Of a stretch of 64,000 nucleotides of DNA, positions 49,425-58,690 are shown piece by piece; within the stretch, counting starts at the first letter, position 1; every line of letters starts with the position of its first letter. Under the pieces are notes generated by a model. That model made no database searches, had not been told where the DNA came from, and worked only from the letters and a program-made list of their open reading frames with translations. The stretch comes from a virus. The stretch lies in IMG/VR virus record IMGVR_UViG_3300031466_000074; one strand, given 5' to 3'. Made by a program: the position numbers and the translations under genes.

Positions 49425-49554
49425 GTACCTGTAAACCCCTTCACAAAATAAAATATGCACCCTCAAAAGAGAGGACAACACTTATGATAACCCTCACTCA
49501 TTTACTTCATAAATGATATCGGATTCATCATCAGTGTGCCCAAAAAGTGAAAAA

Positions 49555-50004
49555 TTATTCCTTTCTCGGGAACAAAGTCCCAAGCGGCGAAATCTCCGGT
49601 GTGGGAGAAAGCAGACGTTGCACATCAGCACCCAAACCCAAAGAAGCAAGCAGTTCCATCGTAATGAATTCCCCCTGAAGGGAACGGAAATGCACAGGTT
49701 TCTTGTTACTTAATGCACGGATAATACCATAGTTCATACCCCGAGAAATGCCTCGGTCTATATAAACTACCGAGCCGTCGGAAACCGCAGACCACTCCAA
49801 CCCAGCATCAATCCCGAGTTTCCGCTCCTCCGGGATATCGTCATTCAAAATCCCTTCCTGCGTGTACAGCAGATGGGATGCCACTGGAGATTCTCCACGC
49901 AACAAACTATCACGAACCGCTTCGCGGGCATACTTGATGTTTTTCTCCACCTCACCCGCAAAAGGACTTTCCAAAACCACCAAACGACGACGCAAACCAA
50001 ACAA
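49555..50004 (-). CDS. phage-type nucleoside deoxyribosyltransferase-like protein
   Basis: ESPFAG..NIKYAR, ASHLLYTQ, LNDD.PEER.LG, ISRGM. Confidence 0.6.
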   Translation of the reverse strand: MFGLRRRLVVLESPFAGEVEKNIKYAREAVRDSLLRGESPVASHLLYTQEGILNDDIPEERKLGIDAGLEWSAVSDGSVVYIDRGISRGMNYGIIRALSNKKPVHFRSLQGEFITMELLASLGLGADVQRLLSPTPEISPLGTLFPRKE

Positions 50005-50009
50005 CTCCT

Positions 50010-50804
50010 TTAACGCGTATTTGGGTAGACATAAATTTTGTCTACCGGAACCTTCGCAAAGGAATCGCTGGTTCCAACAGAGAAGTCATACCCCTCTTGA
50101 GGGTAAACAAAGAGCTTATCCGTAACCTTAATCTTCGATGGATCATAAGGTACCCCCGTAAGGGCGTTAAGAAACTCATGACCCGCAGGAACCTGATACT
50201 CCAAAGAACGAACACTGTCCCTAAGAACAATACGATCTTCCGACTGCTCGACTTCAGAAACGGTGGAGAACAACAATTTAGGATTGTCATTAAGGATAAT
50301 CAACTCAACATACTGATCTTCATGCTCACTACCAACTACCAAAAGACGAGATTTCGCCGCCTCCGTGAGCTTATTCGGATCAACGATGGTATTGGTTTCG
50401 GCATCAAAAATCAAAGTACGAAGATCAAGCGTAAAGGAACGAACGTTTTCCTCGCTACCCCCTATCGCTACCTTTATCTCAGAACGGCTCCCAAACTCCT
50501 CATAAGCGAGAACCTTCCCACCATAAGCAGTAGAAGCCCGATTGATTACCATACTTCCGTCCGATACCGGAAAAGGCTCGGTAGTCCCTTCCTCCCCTTC
50601 AGGTGGAGTTACACCCCAATTCGGTTGCCCTGAAGAACCACCTTGTTGCGTAGAAGCAAGATTCGAAGGGTCTTGTGAACTAGACGCATCCTTATCTCCG
50701 ATCCCTCCGTTGCTAAACAAGATTATAAGAACAACGATGAGGATGAGAGGAACACCAATCACCAAAGTCCAAAACTTCCACGACTTTCCTTGATAAATTT
50801 CCAT
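50010..50804 (-). CDS. membrane-anchored extracellular protein
   Basis: N-terminal TM and S/G/P linker. Confidence 0.7.
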   Translation of the reverse strand: MEIYQGKSWKFWTLVIGVPLILIVVLIILFSNGGIGDKDASSSQDPSNLASTQQGGSSGQPNWGVTPPEGEEGTTEPFPVSDGSMVINRASTAYGGKVLAYEEFGSRSEIKVAIGGSEENVRSFTLDLRTLIFDAETNTIVDPNKLTEAAKSRLLVVGSEHEDQYVELIILNDNPKLLFSTVSEVEQSEDRIVLRDSVRSLEYQVPAGHEFLNALTGVPYDPSKIKVTDKLFVYPQEGYDFSVGTSDSFAKVPVDKIYVYPNTR

Positions 50805-50836
50805 AATGCTAAATCACCCCATTATCCATGAAAGAG

Positions 50837-52264
50837 TTAGCTACCCGATAACCCGTCAAATGAGTGAGTATCTCCATGAAGCTCCCCTTCAGACTCATTA
50901 TCCGTCGTTTCCCCCGAATCCTCTTCTGCAGGGATGACAATGCTCGCCCCCGAAGGCGTCACATCATAAAATGTGGCAGACAGTAAGACATTTCGCAAGT
51001 CTTGAAGCAAATCGTTTGTCAAGTCTACCCCCAAGCCCGGTTCAAAAGTATACGTCAAGAGTAAGTTATTTGCACCAAACGAAGACACAAGTTGCAACGA
51101 AACCTGCCGCAAACCTTTGTCCCGATATACCGACATTGAAGGACTAAACTCACTCACAATACCCCAATCTATACTCAGCGCATCAGACGATTCCATGCTT
51201 TCGGTTCCTTCGGGCGACTCAACATCCTTTGATTTACCTGCATCAGTAAGCGAAGCAGGCTTTTCCGGCTTCACGGGGAGCGGGAGCTGACGATTCTTCG
51301 AGCGTTTCTCATTCTCTAACATGACACGCTCAAGTTCCGTTTCATAGTCAATCAGCTGGAACAGATAATCGAGATACGCCTCATTATACTCCGCTGTTGT
51401 GAGAGACTGAATTTTTCCATCCTCAGACTCGGAACCCTGCGGCTGTTTTGCTTGGATAGACGACACCAACGAAAGACGGAAACGCGAATCAGCTACGTCC
51501 CGATAATGGAAGTCCGTAAGCGGGATCGGTTCAGCAAACCCCGACAAGTCCAAAGATGCCAAATGGTAAGATGAATTCGGCTCCACCAAAGTACGCAGAG
51601 CATTCAAATAATGCTCTGAAAGATCCGTTACATACAAAGAAGACGGATACTCCAAACGTAACCCAAGTACGTTATTGAAATAAACCGAATACCCCGGAAT
51701 GGACGCTACAGGATCAACTTCGAGGTTTTCCGGCTCCTCTGGCTCCTCCGACTCCTCTCCAGACGGATCTGGTGACGGTGTGGGTAAATCCATCGGGTCT
51801 TCCAAGATCGGAGGAAGTGTATCTGTTGGCGGATTAACCGTCTGACCCGTACCCCGATCCTTCATCATGAACATTACCCCGATAATCGTAACCGTTACCA
51901 CAGCTACAATGAGAAAGATGAGCCTTTCCTTGGTTCGACTCTTCTTAACCTCTACCCCTGCTCCCTTCGCCACCTCAACAAGCGTTTCCGCATCAACCGG
52001 AACCTCCGTAGCCGACTTGGGACGAAACATCTTAGAGGACTTTACAGGTTTCGATGGTGTGGCTGGCTTAGTCGCAGGAGTAGAAGTGTCTTCACCAAAA
52101 GAACGGGGCTTAAAGACTTTGGAAGCATCAGATTGATCCGAGGAAACCGCTAGTTGCGATTGAAACTCCGACTGTATGATAGTTGACTCTTTAGGCTTTG
52201 TAGGAGCTTGATTAGCCGGTTTCTCCTGAGTCTGCGAAGAATTACTATTTTTCAACCATTTCAT
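50837..52264 (-). CDS. bitopic membrane protein
   Basis: Disordered N-terminus, single TM, P/E-rich linker. Confidence 0.7.
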   Translation of the reverse strand: MKWLKNSNSSQTQEKPANQAPTKPKESTIIQSEFQSQLAVSSDQSDASKVFKPRSFGEDTSTPATKPATPSKPVKSSKMFRPKSATEVPVDAETLVEVAKGAGVEVKKSRTKERLIFLIVAVVTVTIIGVMFMMKDRGTGQTVNPPTDTLPPILEDPMDLPTPSPDPSGEESEEPEEPENLEVDPVASIPGYSVYFNNVLGLRLEYPSSLYVTDLSEHYLNALRTLVEPNSSYHLASLDLSGFAEPIPLTDFHYRDVADSRFRLSLVSSIQAKQPQGSESEDGKIQSLTTAEYNEAYLDYLFQLIDYETELERVMLENEKRSKNRQLPLPVKPEKPASLTDAGKSKDVESPEGTESMESSDALSIDWGIVSEFSPSMSVYRDKGLRQVSLQLVSSFGANNLLLTYTFEPGLGVDLTNDLLQDLRNVLLSATFYDVTPSGASIVIPAEEDSGETTDNESEGELHGDTHSFDGLSGS

Positions 52265-52390
52265 GCTAGAAACACCTCGCATTAGTATAAAGAAAGGAAA
52301 GGAAGTGTATTAAACTTTTCATAAGTCACAAAATTTACTAAACAAAGACAAAGGGATCAAGGAGTTTAGAAACCCCTTGACCCAGAAGAC

Positions 52391-53698
52391 TCAGTCTTGT
52401 GCTTGATCTTGCTCCTGCGGCTTCCGATAGTTTGAATACTCTCCCGAGTACGGCTCTTCATCATCAGAATGTTCAGGATCAGGATGCCAAGAACCATCCT
52501 CGTGATAATGTCCACCCGGAGGGGCTTCATTGTCCGAATGCTCAGCGGCAGGATGCCACGTTCCATCCTCATGCCAATGACCCCCAGACGATGATTCAGA
52601 GGTGGAAGTGTCCGTACCAATAACATCGTCAATAGTGGCATTTGCGATATCATCAGTGTCCGTCAACAACTCCCACGCCGGGGTTGACGGATTGGTTTCT
52701 GGTGGGAAGACCAGTTGACTGGTGTCCTCTTCATCCGAATGCACACTAGCAGGATGCCACGTTCCATCTGCATGATAGTGACCTCCTGAAATATCGTCAC
52801 CCGTCTCATGCCACGTTCCATCCGCATGCCAATGCCCGCCGCTTTCGTCCTCTGTCATTACCACGGATTGATTTGGATCGAGCGGAGTCAAAGAAGACTG
52901 TTTTTCCGGGAAACCTTCAGCAAGGAAGGCTTCGCGATCCGCCGGAGTCCACGCTTGACCCCCTTCATGAAAGACCAAGTATTCCGTAAGTGTCTTAATA
53001 TCCTTGACCTGCTGATCGTGCCCATAAGTCGAACCAAAAGTAAAGACCAGAATATTAGCTCCAGCAGGTTCAAAATACTGCGTATAATTGACCCATACCC
53101 CGTCCACTAGGGCTTTGGCGTGAACCACCACGCCATACATTCCATCGTAGAGAGAACCCTCGGGTTGATAGCGCGTGTCAATGATCTCCTCAATCGTCAC
53201 ATCGCTATAATTGAGCGATTCAAGCATTTGCTTTAACTGATCCCCCAACGCCATCATATCATTCAAATACGAATGATTGGTATCGGAAGGACGAATCGCC
53301 ATCGTCATAAAACGAGCGCCGCTCAATTTAGTCTCTTTATCGATATTCGGATCGTCAGGGTGTTGCACCAAAGTAATCGGTACCACTTCACGATCAAGAC
53401 GATGATGACGAATATCATATAAGAGTCCACCCGTTTGCTTCGGTACAATCTCCTTGATAAGTTCCGAGTCAGGGTTTGCCACTTGCCAATCCCCCGGAAT
53501 GATCATGGAGAAATTGAGGTAGTAATCATAATACGATAACCCATTCTTCAACGTAACCGGGGAATCCTTTGATACCTTGTAAAGAAAAAGGGCAGTACCC
53601 CCTGCTATCACTACCAAAAGAACAACCGGAAGTACGACAGCTAAAGTCCTTTTAAGAGAGGACTTTTTCTCTGGATTCGTATGCTTTTGCTTTACCAA
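52391..53698 (-). CDS. membrane-anchored protein with four GGH(W/Y)HxDG(T/S)WH repeats
   Basis: N-terminal TM; His-rich repeats in acidic tail. Confidence 0.75.
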   Translation of the reverse strand: MVKQKHTNPEKKSSLKRTLAVVLPVVLLVVIAGGTALFLYKVSKDSPVTLKNGLSYYDYYLNFSMIIPGDWQVANPDSELIKEIVPKQTGGLLYDIRHHRLDREVVPITLVQHPDDPNIDKETKLSGARFMTMAIRPSDTNHSYLNDMMALGDQLKQMLESLNYSDVTIEEIIDTRYQPEGSLYDGMYGVVVHAKALVDGVWVNYTQYFEPAGANILVFTFGSTYGHDQQVKDIKTLTEYLVFHEGGQAWTPADREAFLAEGFPEKQSSLTPLDPNQSVVMTEDESGGHWHADGTWHETGDDISGGHYHADGTWHPASVHSDEEDTSQLVFPPETNPSTPAWELLTDTDDIANATIDDVIGTDTSTSESSSGGHWHEDGTWHPAAEHSDNEAPPGGHYHEDGSWHPDPEHSDDEEPYSGEYSNYRKPQEQDQAQD

Positions 53699-53721
53699 AG
53701 ATAGACAACTCCTTTACATCA

Positions 53722-54147
53722 TTACTCAACTCGAAGCTCAAAGTCAAAACGATCCTTACCGCAACGCTCCAACTGCGCCCGCAGAACATCAAGATCATGT
53801 GGCAAGAAAGCGCGACCATCATACCGCACCAATTCGCAGGTTACCGAATACGCCCCAGTACGCTGAATATTATGCGGATAAAACCCACCAGTGAAAAAGA
53901 AGTCGTGCAAGTACAAGTCCAATAATGGAGAACCCCAACTGCGAACCGATGTCAAAGGTGGGAGCAAGTCTACAAGCGCCAACTGCCGCAGTTCTATCGA
54001 CAACAATACCCGTTGTCCATCACGGGGAGGACGCATAATGACCTCCACAACCACCGTTTCCGAATCCCCCGAAAACGCAGACTCAGGCTCCACCGAAAAC
54101 GTCCCGTCCAAATTGAGGGCGTACTGACCTTCCACTTGCTCAACCAT
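53722..54147 (-). CDS. hypothetical protein
   Basis: RBS AAGGAGG. Confidence 0.6.
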   Translation of the reverse strand: MVEQVEGQYALNLDGTFSVEPESAFSGDSETVVVEVIMRPPRDGQRVLLSIELRQLALVDLLPPLTSVRSWGSPLLDLYLHDFFFTGGFYPHNIQRTGAYSVTCELVRYDGRAFLPHDLDVLRAQLERCGKDRFDFELRVE

Positions 54148-54312
54148 AATGAAACCTCCTTACCCCTTGAATTTAACCGTCGCTCCGCAGAGTACCCCCG
54201 GACGCGAGAAAAGAAGCGATAATCAAGCCGGGAGAAACAAACTGCAAAAGTATTACCTCAAGACCGAAAGAAAACTACCTTTATAACTGAAGTCCAGCAA
54301 CGTATGCAAAAA

Positions 54313-54344
54313 GAAACCACCTCACCAAAAGGTGAAGTGGTTTC
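54313..54344 (-). terminator. intrinsic terminator after TROVE-like gene
   Basis: GAAACCACTTCACC/GGTGAGGTGGTTTC followed by TTTTT. Confidence 0.8.
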
Positions 54345-54391
54345 CTATCAAAAATGGGAGGTATGGTTGGATTGTGCCGACGGGCGCAGGA

Positions 54392-55891
54392 CTAGACCTG
54401 CACCGCGTCGTAGATCGGATCATTCAGCGTCTTCATCATCGCTTCATACGGCGTCATACCGATGGCGTCCAGTACCGACTTGAAGACCGAAGGCGAATGA
54501 CCAGAAGCCATTTGAACCCCCGGAATCATCGAGTGGGTTTGAAACGTGTTGTGTCGCGAATTGACATTCCAGTACACGATATTCGGAAGCTCGAAACCGT
54601 GCTTGCGGAACTCCTCCGACACCACACTGTGGAACGTCCGGTAGTTGCCACCACTCGTCTGAGCATCAAACTGACCGTCCGTGATGATCACGACCGCCTT
54701 CGGCAAATCCTCTTGCGTGAGATTGTGCTGAAGCGCCGTTTGCAGAAGAAGCTCGAACGCCCTGAAGATATCCGTGTTATCCACGATAACCGGGAAGTCC
54801 GAGAGCTTGTCCTTCAACGTTTCACCTTGAATCGTGACCAAACGCGGTTCGCGGCTGAACGTCATGAAGGTATTGTGGAATACCCCCTTATTCCGTTCCG
54901 CGAAATACAGCGCCAGCCCGATGGACGTGTACAACGGCAAGCCATCGAACGTCAGCATAGAACCGGACGTGTCCGCCATGACCAAAACATTGAACTCGCC
55001 GTCCACGTAGTTCGGAAGGCTCCGCCACTGCGCTTCGATAGTCTCGTCCCAATGCGGAACAACAAGATTCATTGGTACATACCAGCTTGCATGCTCACGA
55101 ACAATCGACAACCCCGCATTCCGAAGCAGATCGTAAGGATACAGCGTACCCGCATTGATCTTCTTCTCGCCGGAAGCAACCGCTTCAAGATAAGACTTGA
55201 AGCGCTCCGAGTCACGGTTGCCGAACGCCTTGCGGTACCGCAACATCGCGCGGGAAGGAACGTGTTCATAATTGATTTCGCTCCAACGCCCTTGCGACAT
55301 CTTGACCTCCACCACGTCCATATAACGACAGAGCGCCGACAACATCTTGTCGTACCCCCGATAGGACAGTCCGAGACGACGCGCCAGACGGCGACCAACC
55401 CGCGATACCTTGGCGCGAGGTAACCACTTCGCAAGAAGTGAAACCGATTCGCCCTTGTCCATCGCACCCTTGTCGAGCTGAAGCTGGCTGGCGATCAGTT
55501 CAAACATATCACCTTCGAGCGCCGTATGCTCCAGCGACAACACGTCCTTCCACCGACCGTAGAACGGCAGAAGCGGAAGATTCTTGCGAAGAACATCCGG
55601 GTGGGCGTCCGCCAAGTAGCGGTAAATGGTCAACGGAACAGCCCGCTCACCCAAGCCTCCGCGAATGTTCCGAGCGTAGAACAACGCCTTCATAGCGTAG
55701 AGAGGATTCTCTTCAAACGCCAATCGGAACTGCGTGACGATGTCCTCCGACGAACGTTCGCGAAGCGCACCAGCCGTTGCGTAAAAGTCCAACAGGCGGG
55801 AACCCGTCGACTTAAGCGCATAGGCTCCGTTGTCCGTATAGGTGGAGTTGTCCTGCACCTGACGAACCGCGTTGATGAAGTTTTGCGACAT
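54392..55891 (-). CDS. TROVE/Ro60-like helical domain + vWA protein (DUF2828-like)
   Basis: TDNGA..LKSTG..LLDF, ARNIRGGLGER, YGRWKD, LLAKWLPR, W..INYEHVPSRAM; MIDAS DTSGSM, ITDGQFD, VYWNV. Confidence 0.85.
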   Translation of the reverse strand: MSQNFINAVRQVQDNSTYTDNGAYALKSTGSRLLDFYATAGALRERSSEDIVTQFRLAFEENPLYAMKALFYARNIRGGLGERAVPLTIYRYLADAHPDVLRKNLPLLPFYGRWKDVLSLEHTALEGDMFELIASQLQLDKGAMDKGESVSLLAKWLPRAKVSRVGRRLARRLGLSYRGYDKMLSALCRYMDVVEVKMSQGRWSEINYEHVPSRAMLRYRKAFGNRDSERFKSYLEAVASGEKKINAGTLYPYDLLRNAGLSIVREHASWYVPMNLVVPHWDETIEAQWRSLPNYVDGEFNVLVMADTSGSMLTFDGLPLYTSIGLALYFAERNKGVFHNTFMTFSREPRLVTIQGETLKDKLSDFPVIVDNTDIFRAFELLLQTALQHNLTQEDLPKAVVIITDGQFDAQTSGGNYRTFHSVVSEEFRKHGFELPNIVYWNVNSRHNTFQTHSMIPGVQMASGHSPSVFKSVLDAIGMTPYEAMMKTLNDPIYDAVQV

Positions 55892-55911
55892 ACAACATTT
55901 CTCCTTTCCAG

Positions 55912-56441
55912 CTATTTATTGGGGCGCGAAACATTTTCACAAACCGTCAGCGCAACGGATGAGCGCGACACCAAGTGCCTGTCAGAGCCGCCGCCGTACT
56001 CCAGACCACCAGTACCCCCACTGCTGGGGTTGGTGACGGACAGAAAAGAAACACCAGCGATTCGACCCCGAAACCTTAAAGTCCCGAAGTCAAAAACTAC
56101 ATAGAGCTAGGAGACCTTATGCGGTTACCTGCCCCCTTCATAGGTTGAAACGAATAAAGAGATTGCTGGATGCGCCCCAAATAGTGGAGGTTGCCTCGCC
56201 AAAGGCTTTGGCAACCACAAAGGTAAAGGAGCTTTACAATGGTCACGACAAATTTGCACACCAAGCAAATATAAAATAGAAGTTGCTGGATGTCACCGAA
56301 AGCTCCAATACCTTTGTGATTGTCAAAGAACCAAAGCGAGGTACTTGACGGCGGTACTTCTTCGGTCACACAATCGGAATCGCAGTTCAGATGCGATAAA
56401 AAAAAAGTTGCTGGAAGTGACTCGAAGTACCAAACCATCAA
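55912..56441 (-). ncRNA. array of three Y-RNA-like stem-loop RNAs with shared UCCAGCAA loop motif
   Basis: TTGCTGGA on + at 56163, 56283 and 56408, each directly inside a long closing helix and followed by a U-rich tract and hairpin. Confidence 0.75.
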
Positions 56442-56452
56442 ATACAGTATAT

Positions 56453-56481
56453 ATTATAATTCATAAGTCCAAGGAAGACAA
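56453..56481 (-). promoter_or_regulatory. sigmaA-type promoter for RNA array and TROVE-like gene
   Basis: TTGTCT-17 bp-TATAAT. Confidence 0.8.
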
Positions 56482-56533
56482 GGGGTGTTCCCAAAGAAAT
56501 TTCAGAATTTTCCCGGAAAATTTCAATACCCCC

Positions 56534-57217
56534 TTAAAAGACGCCCAACACTGCGAAGACTGACCGCAGGAGGAATATCAGGAGCGGAAGACCATAAAAC
56601 AAGTACACAAACCCTTTGAACTGATTGTTCCAAGTGTACACAAAAACCACAATTCTTCTAAACGCGTCTAAATGTATTCTAGGTCTTATGACTCCCAACA
56701 ACGACTTTCGACCCGAATACCCCAGTCGAACCCACCACAAGATTAAACTCGGTACCCCGCCCAATAGCCAAAAAGTCAGATAGTACGCCGACCACGACAG
56801 GCAAAACACCAAATCAAAAACAAAAAAGAAATCGAACGCCTTATGTATCTCTAAGTCTAAAAACCCATGCAAAAATGCACGACAACTGAACACAACCCAC
56901 AGCAGTCCAAAATAGGCGGCGATAAGTACATTAGCTCTTGCAAAGTGCTTTAGGGGAATAATAAGGTCTTCGGGGATATTTCGACCTGTGAGGAAAGGAA
57001 CCGAAAGAGGAACCAAATCAGTTGAAGTGCGAACAACCCGCTTGTGCGTGTAACCAAGCAGATTGTTCGAATCGAGAGTTAAATTATACAAATGAGTAAT
57101 ATGTGCTACAAGGCAAGACGACAAGTAGCGATACCCCCAAAACGCTACGATAAAGAGGGAAGCATAGTACGCCCAAAAGGGCGTTAACCCTAATACGTAT
57201 GAAAGAAACTGTTCCAA
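56534..57217 (-). CDS. hypothetical polytopic membrane protein
   Basis: Several hydrophobic helices. Confidence 0.6.
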   Translation of the reverse strand: MEQFLSYVLGLTPFWAYYASLFIVAFWGYRYLSSCLVAHITHLYNLTLDSNNLLGYTHKRVVRTSTDLVPLSVPFLTGRNIPEDLIIPLKHFARANVLIAAYFGLLWVVFSCRAFLHGFLDLEIHKAFDFFFVFDLVFCLSWSAYYLTFWLLGGVPSLILWWVRLGYSGRKSLLGVIRPRIHLDAFRRIVVFVYTWNNQFKGFVYLFYGLPLLIFLLRSVFAVLGVF

Positions 57218-57348
57218 CCAACATCGCCGCCTTTACATACTTCAACAAAAGTCACACCCGGCTTCCACCTCATAAAGAGAATGGAAAGCCGGGAGTCCAC
57301 GGATTAAGTAAAAAGTTTGGACAAGTATCCTCATTTTCCAACAAAAAC

Positions 57349-57807
57349 TCAATGTGATTGTTCGAATATTGGATAGTCAGCTAAAGCGCGAAAGAAAGTC
57401 AGAAGTGTAACCAGTTTTTCTCGTGTCTCAGGAGGAAAATTCGCAAAGAACTGCGTTTCAAAAGAAACAATGTCCCTATGAAACAAGTCGACATACGTGT
57501 CTGGAAAGTCGATAAAGTCACAAGCATCTTCGAATGATAGAATACGACGCTCCTCAGAAGACAGATCTGACTGCCAACCGTATAGAAGAACTTTAGCGAA
57601 AGTAATAACCTTAATTTTAATTGGTAGTGTGTTGCTGTACAACGCCAAATGCGTCAGAAACACATACTTCGCATAACGTGTAGTCGAAAGCGGTTTGAAA
57701 ATTCCAAGCGGAACAGCGTCCAATAAGTCAATAAAAGGCTGACTTCCACGATGCTGATGGATAGGGAAGTCGCCTATCTGCTTAGAGGAAAAATGAAACT
57801 TACTCAT
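57349..57807 (-). CDS. hypothetical protein
   Basis: ORF in gene string. Confidence 0.55.
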   Translation of the reverse strand: MSKFHFSSKQIGDFPIHQHRGSQPFIDLLDAVPLGIFKPLSTTRYAKYVFLTHLALYSNTLPIKIKVITFAKVLLYGWQSDLSSEERRILSFEDACDFIDFPDTYVDLFHRDIVSFETQFFANFPPETREKLVTLLTFFRALADYPIFEQSH

Positions 57808-57862
57808 ACTACCACTTCCTGTTATAAAAATACCCCGTTCTGAAGCGGGGTGGATCACGTCG

Positions 57863-58585
57863 TTAGAAAAACATTGATCGCAAATTCGTTACATACATTT
57901 GCAACGCCACCATTCCAAACACATAAAACAGGTACATAAATGAAAGCGCCAGTGCCCAAATCTCCAGATCAAAAGACGGCAAGTACCCCGCTATCATCAA
58001 GTGCGAACATACCCCAAGTCCTACCTTTATGATTCCCATGAAAATCGGGAAATCCTCCAGTCGATCCAAGTTTACCGGAGAGTACCGCAAAAAGTTAAAG
58101 AAATTCACTATTTTATGTCCCTCCGGGATCTCCGAGTGGTCAACGGCTTGCATATAGTCCTTATTTTCCAACGCTAAAACAATTGGACGAGTCACCAACA
58201 CCTGAATCAGCAACTTACGCCCAAAGAAAAGAAGCAAAAGTAACACAACCAAAGCTCCAAGCGAAGCGTAACTCAACCAAAGAAAAATGCGGGCGTCCAC
58301 CGGAACGGCTGACCCAACGTCACCCTTCTGAAGTCCCTCAAAAATAATGAGTGACGAACGCGAGAGATAAAAACAAAGTGCGATCAAAAGTGACTGAATC
58401 AATAGGAAACGAAGTGTTCCCGAGAGTACAACCAGATCCCGTCGACATGCCCAAACCTTATATGGTGGATGGAATTTCAAGTAAGACTCCGTATAATACG
58501 GATTAGGTTTCGCTTGTTGCTCCTGTTCCAATAAAATCACCCCAAATTCCAGTATAAAAGCAAAGTTATACGATGGCTTGTCCAA
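57863..58585 (-). CDS. hypothetical polytopic membrane protein (start uncertain)
   Basis: Four hydrophobic segments. Confidence 0.6.
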   Translation of the reverse strand: MDKPSYNFAFILEFGVILLEQEQQAKPNPYYTESYLKFHPPYKVWACRRDLVVLSGTLRFLLIQSLLIALCFYLSRSSLIIFEGLQKGDVGSAVPVDARIFLWLSYASLGALVVLLLLLFFGRKLLIQVLVTRPIVLALENKDYMQAVDHSEIPEGHKIVNFFNFLRYSPVNLDRLEDFPIFMGIIKVGLGVCSHLMIAGYLPSFDLEIWALALSFMYLFYVFGMVALQMYVTNLRSMFF

Positions 58586-58690
58586 AACTATTTACCTAAA
58601 ATTATTCTAACGTTCAGGTCTAAAAGGGTCAAGTTGATCAGCAAAATAAAAGAAGCACCCACAAGGGTGCTTCTCATTGGAAAGTTTACC

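Noticed and set aside
54293-54301. Fourth TCCAGCAAC unit
   Set aside because: Opposite strand, no enclosing helix, and it coincides with a -35-like box of the next gene
54332-55423. Long plus-strand ORFs (also 58634..59890, 37218..38402, 6431..7423, 44048..44827)
   Set aside because: Antisense shadows of well-supported minus-strand genes, with no RBS or recognisable motifs
56163-56415. CRISPR array
   Set aside because: The shared motif is only ~10 nt, the intervening sequences are ~110 nt and self-complementary, and there are no cas genes
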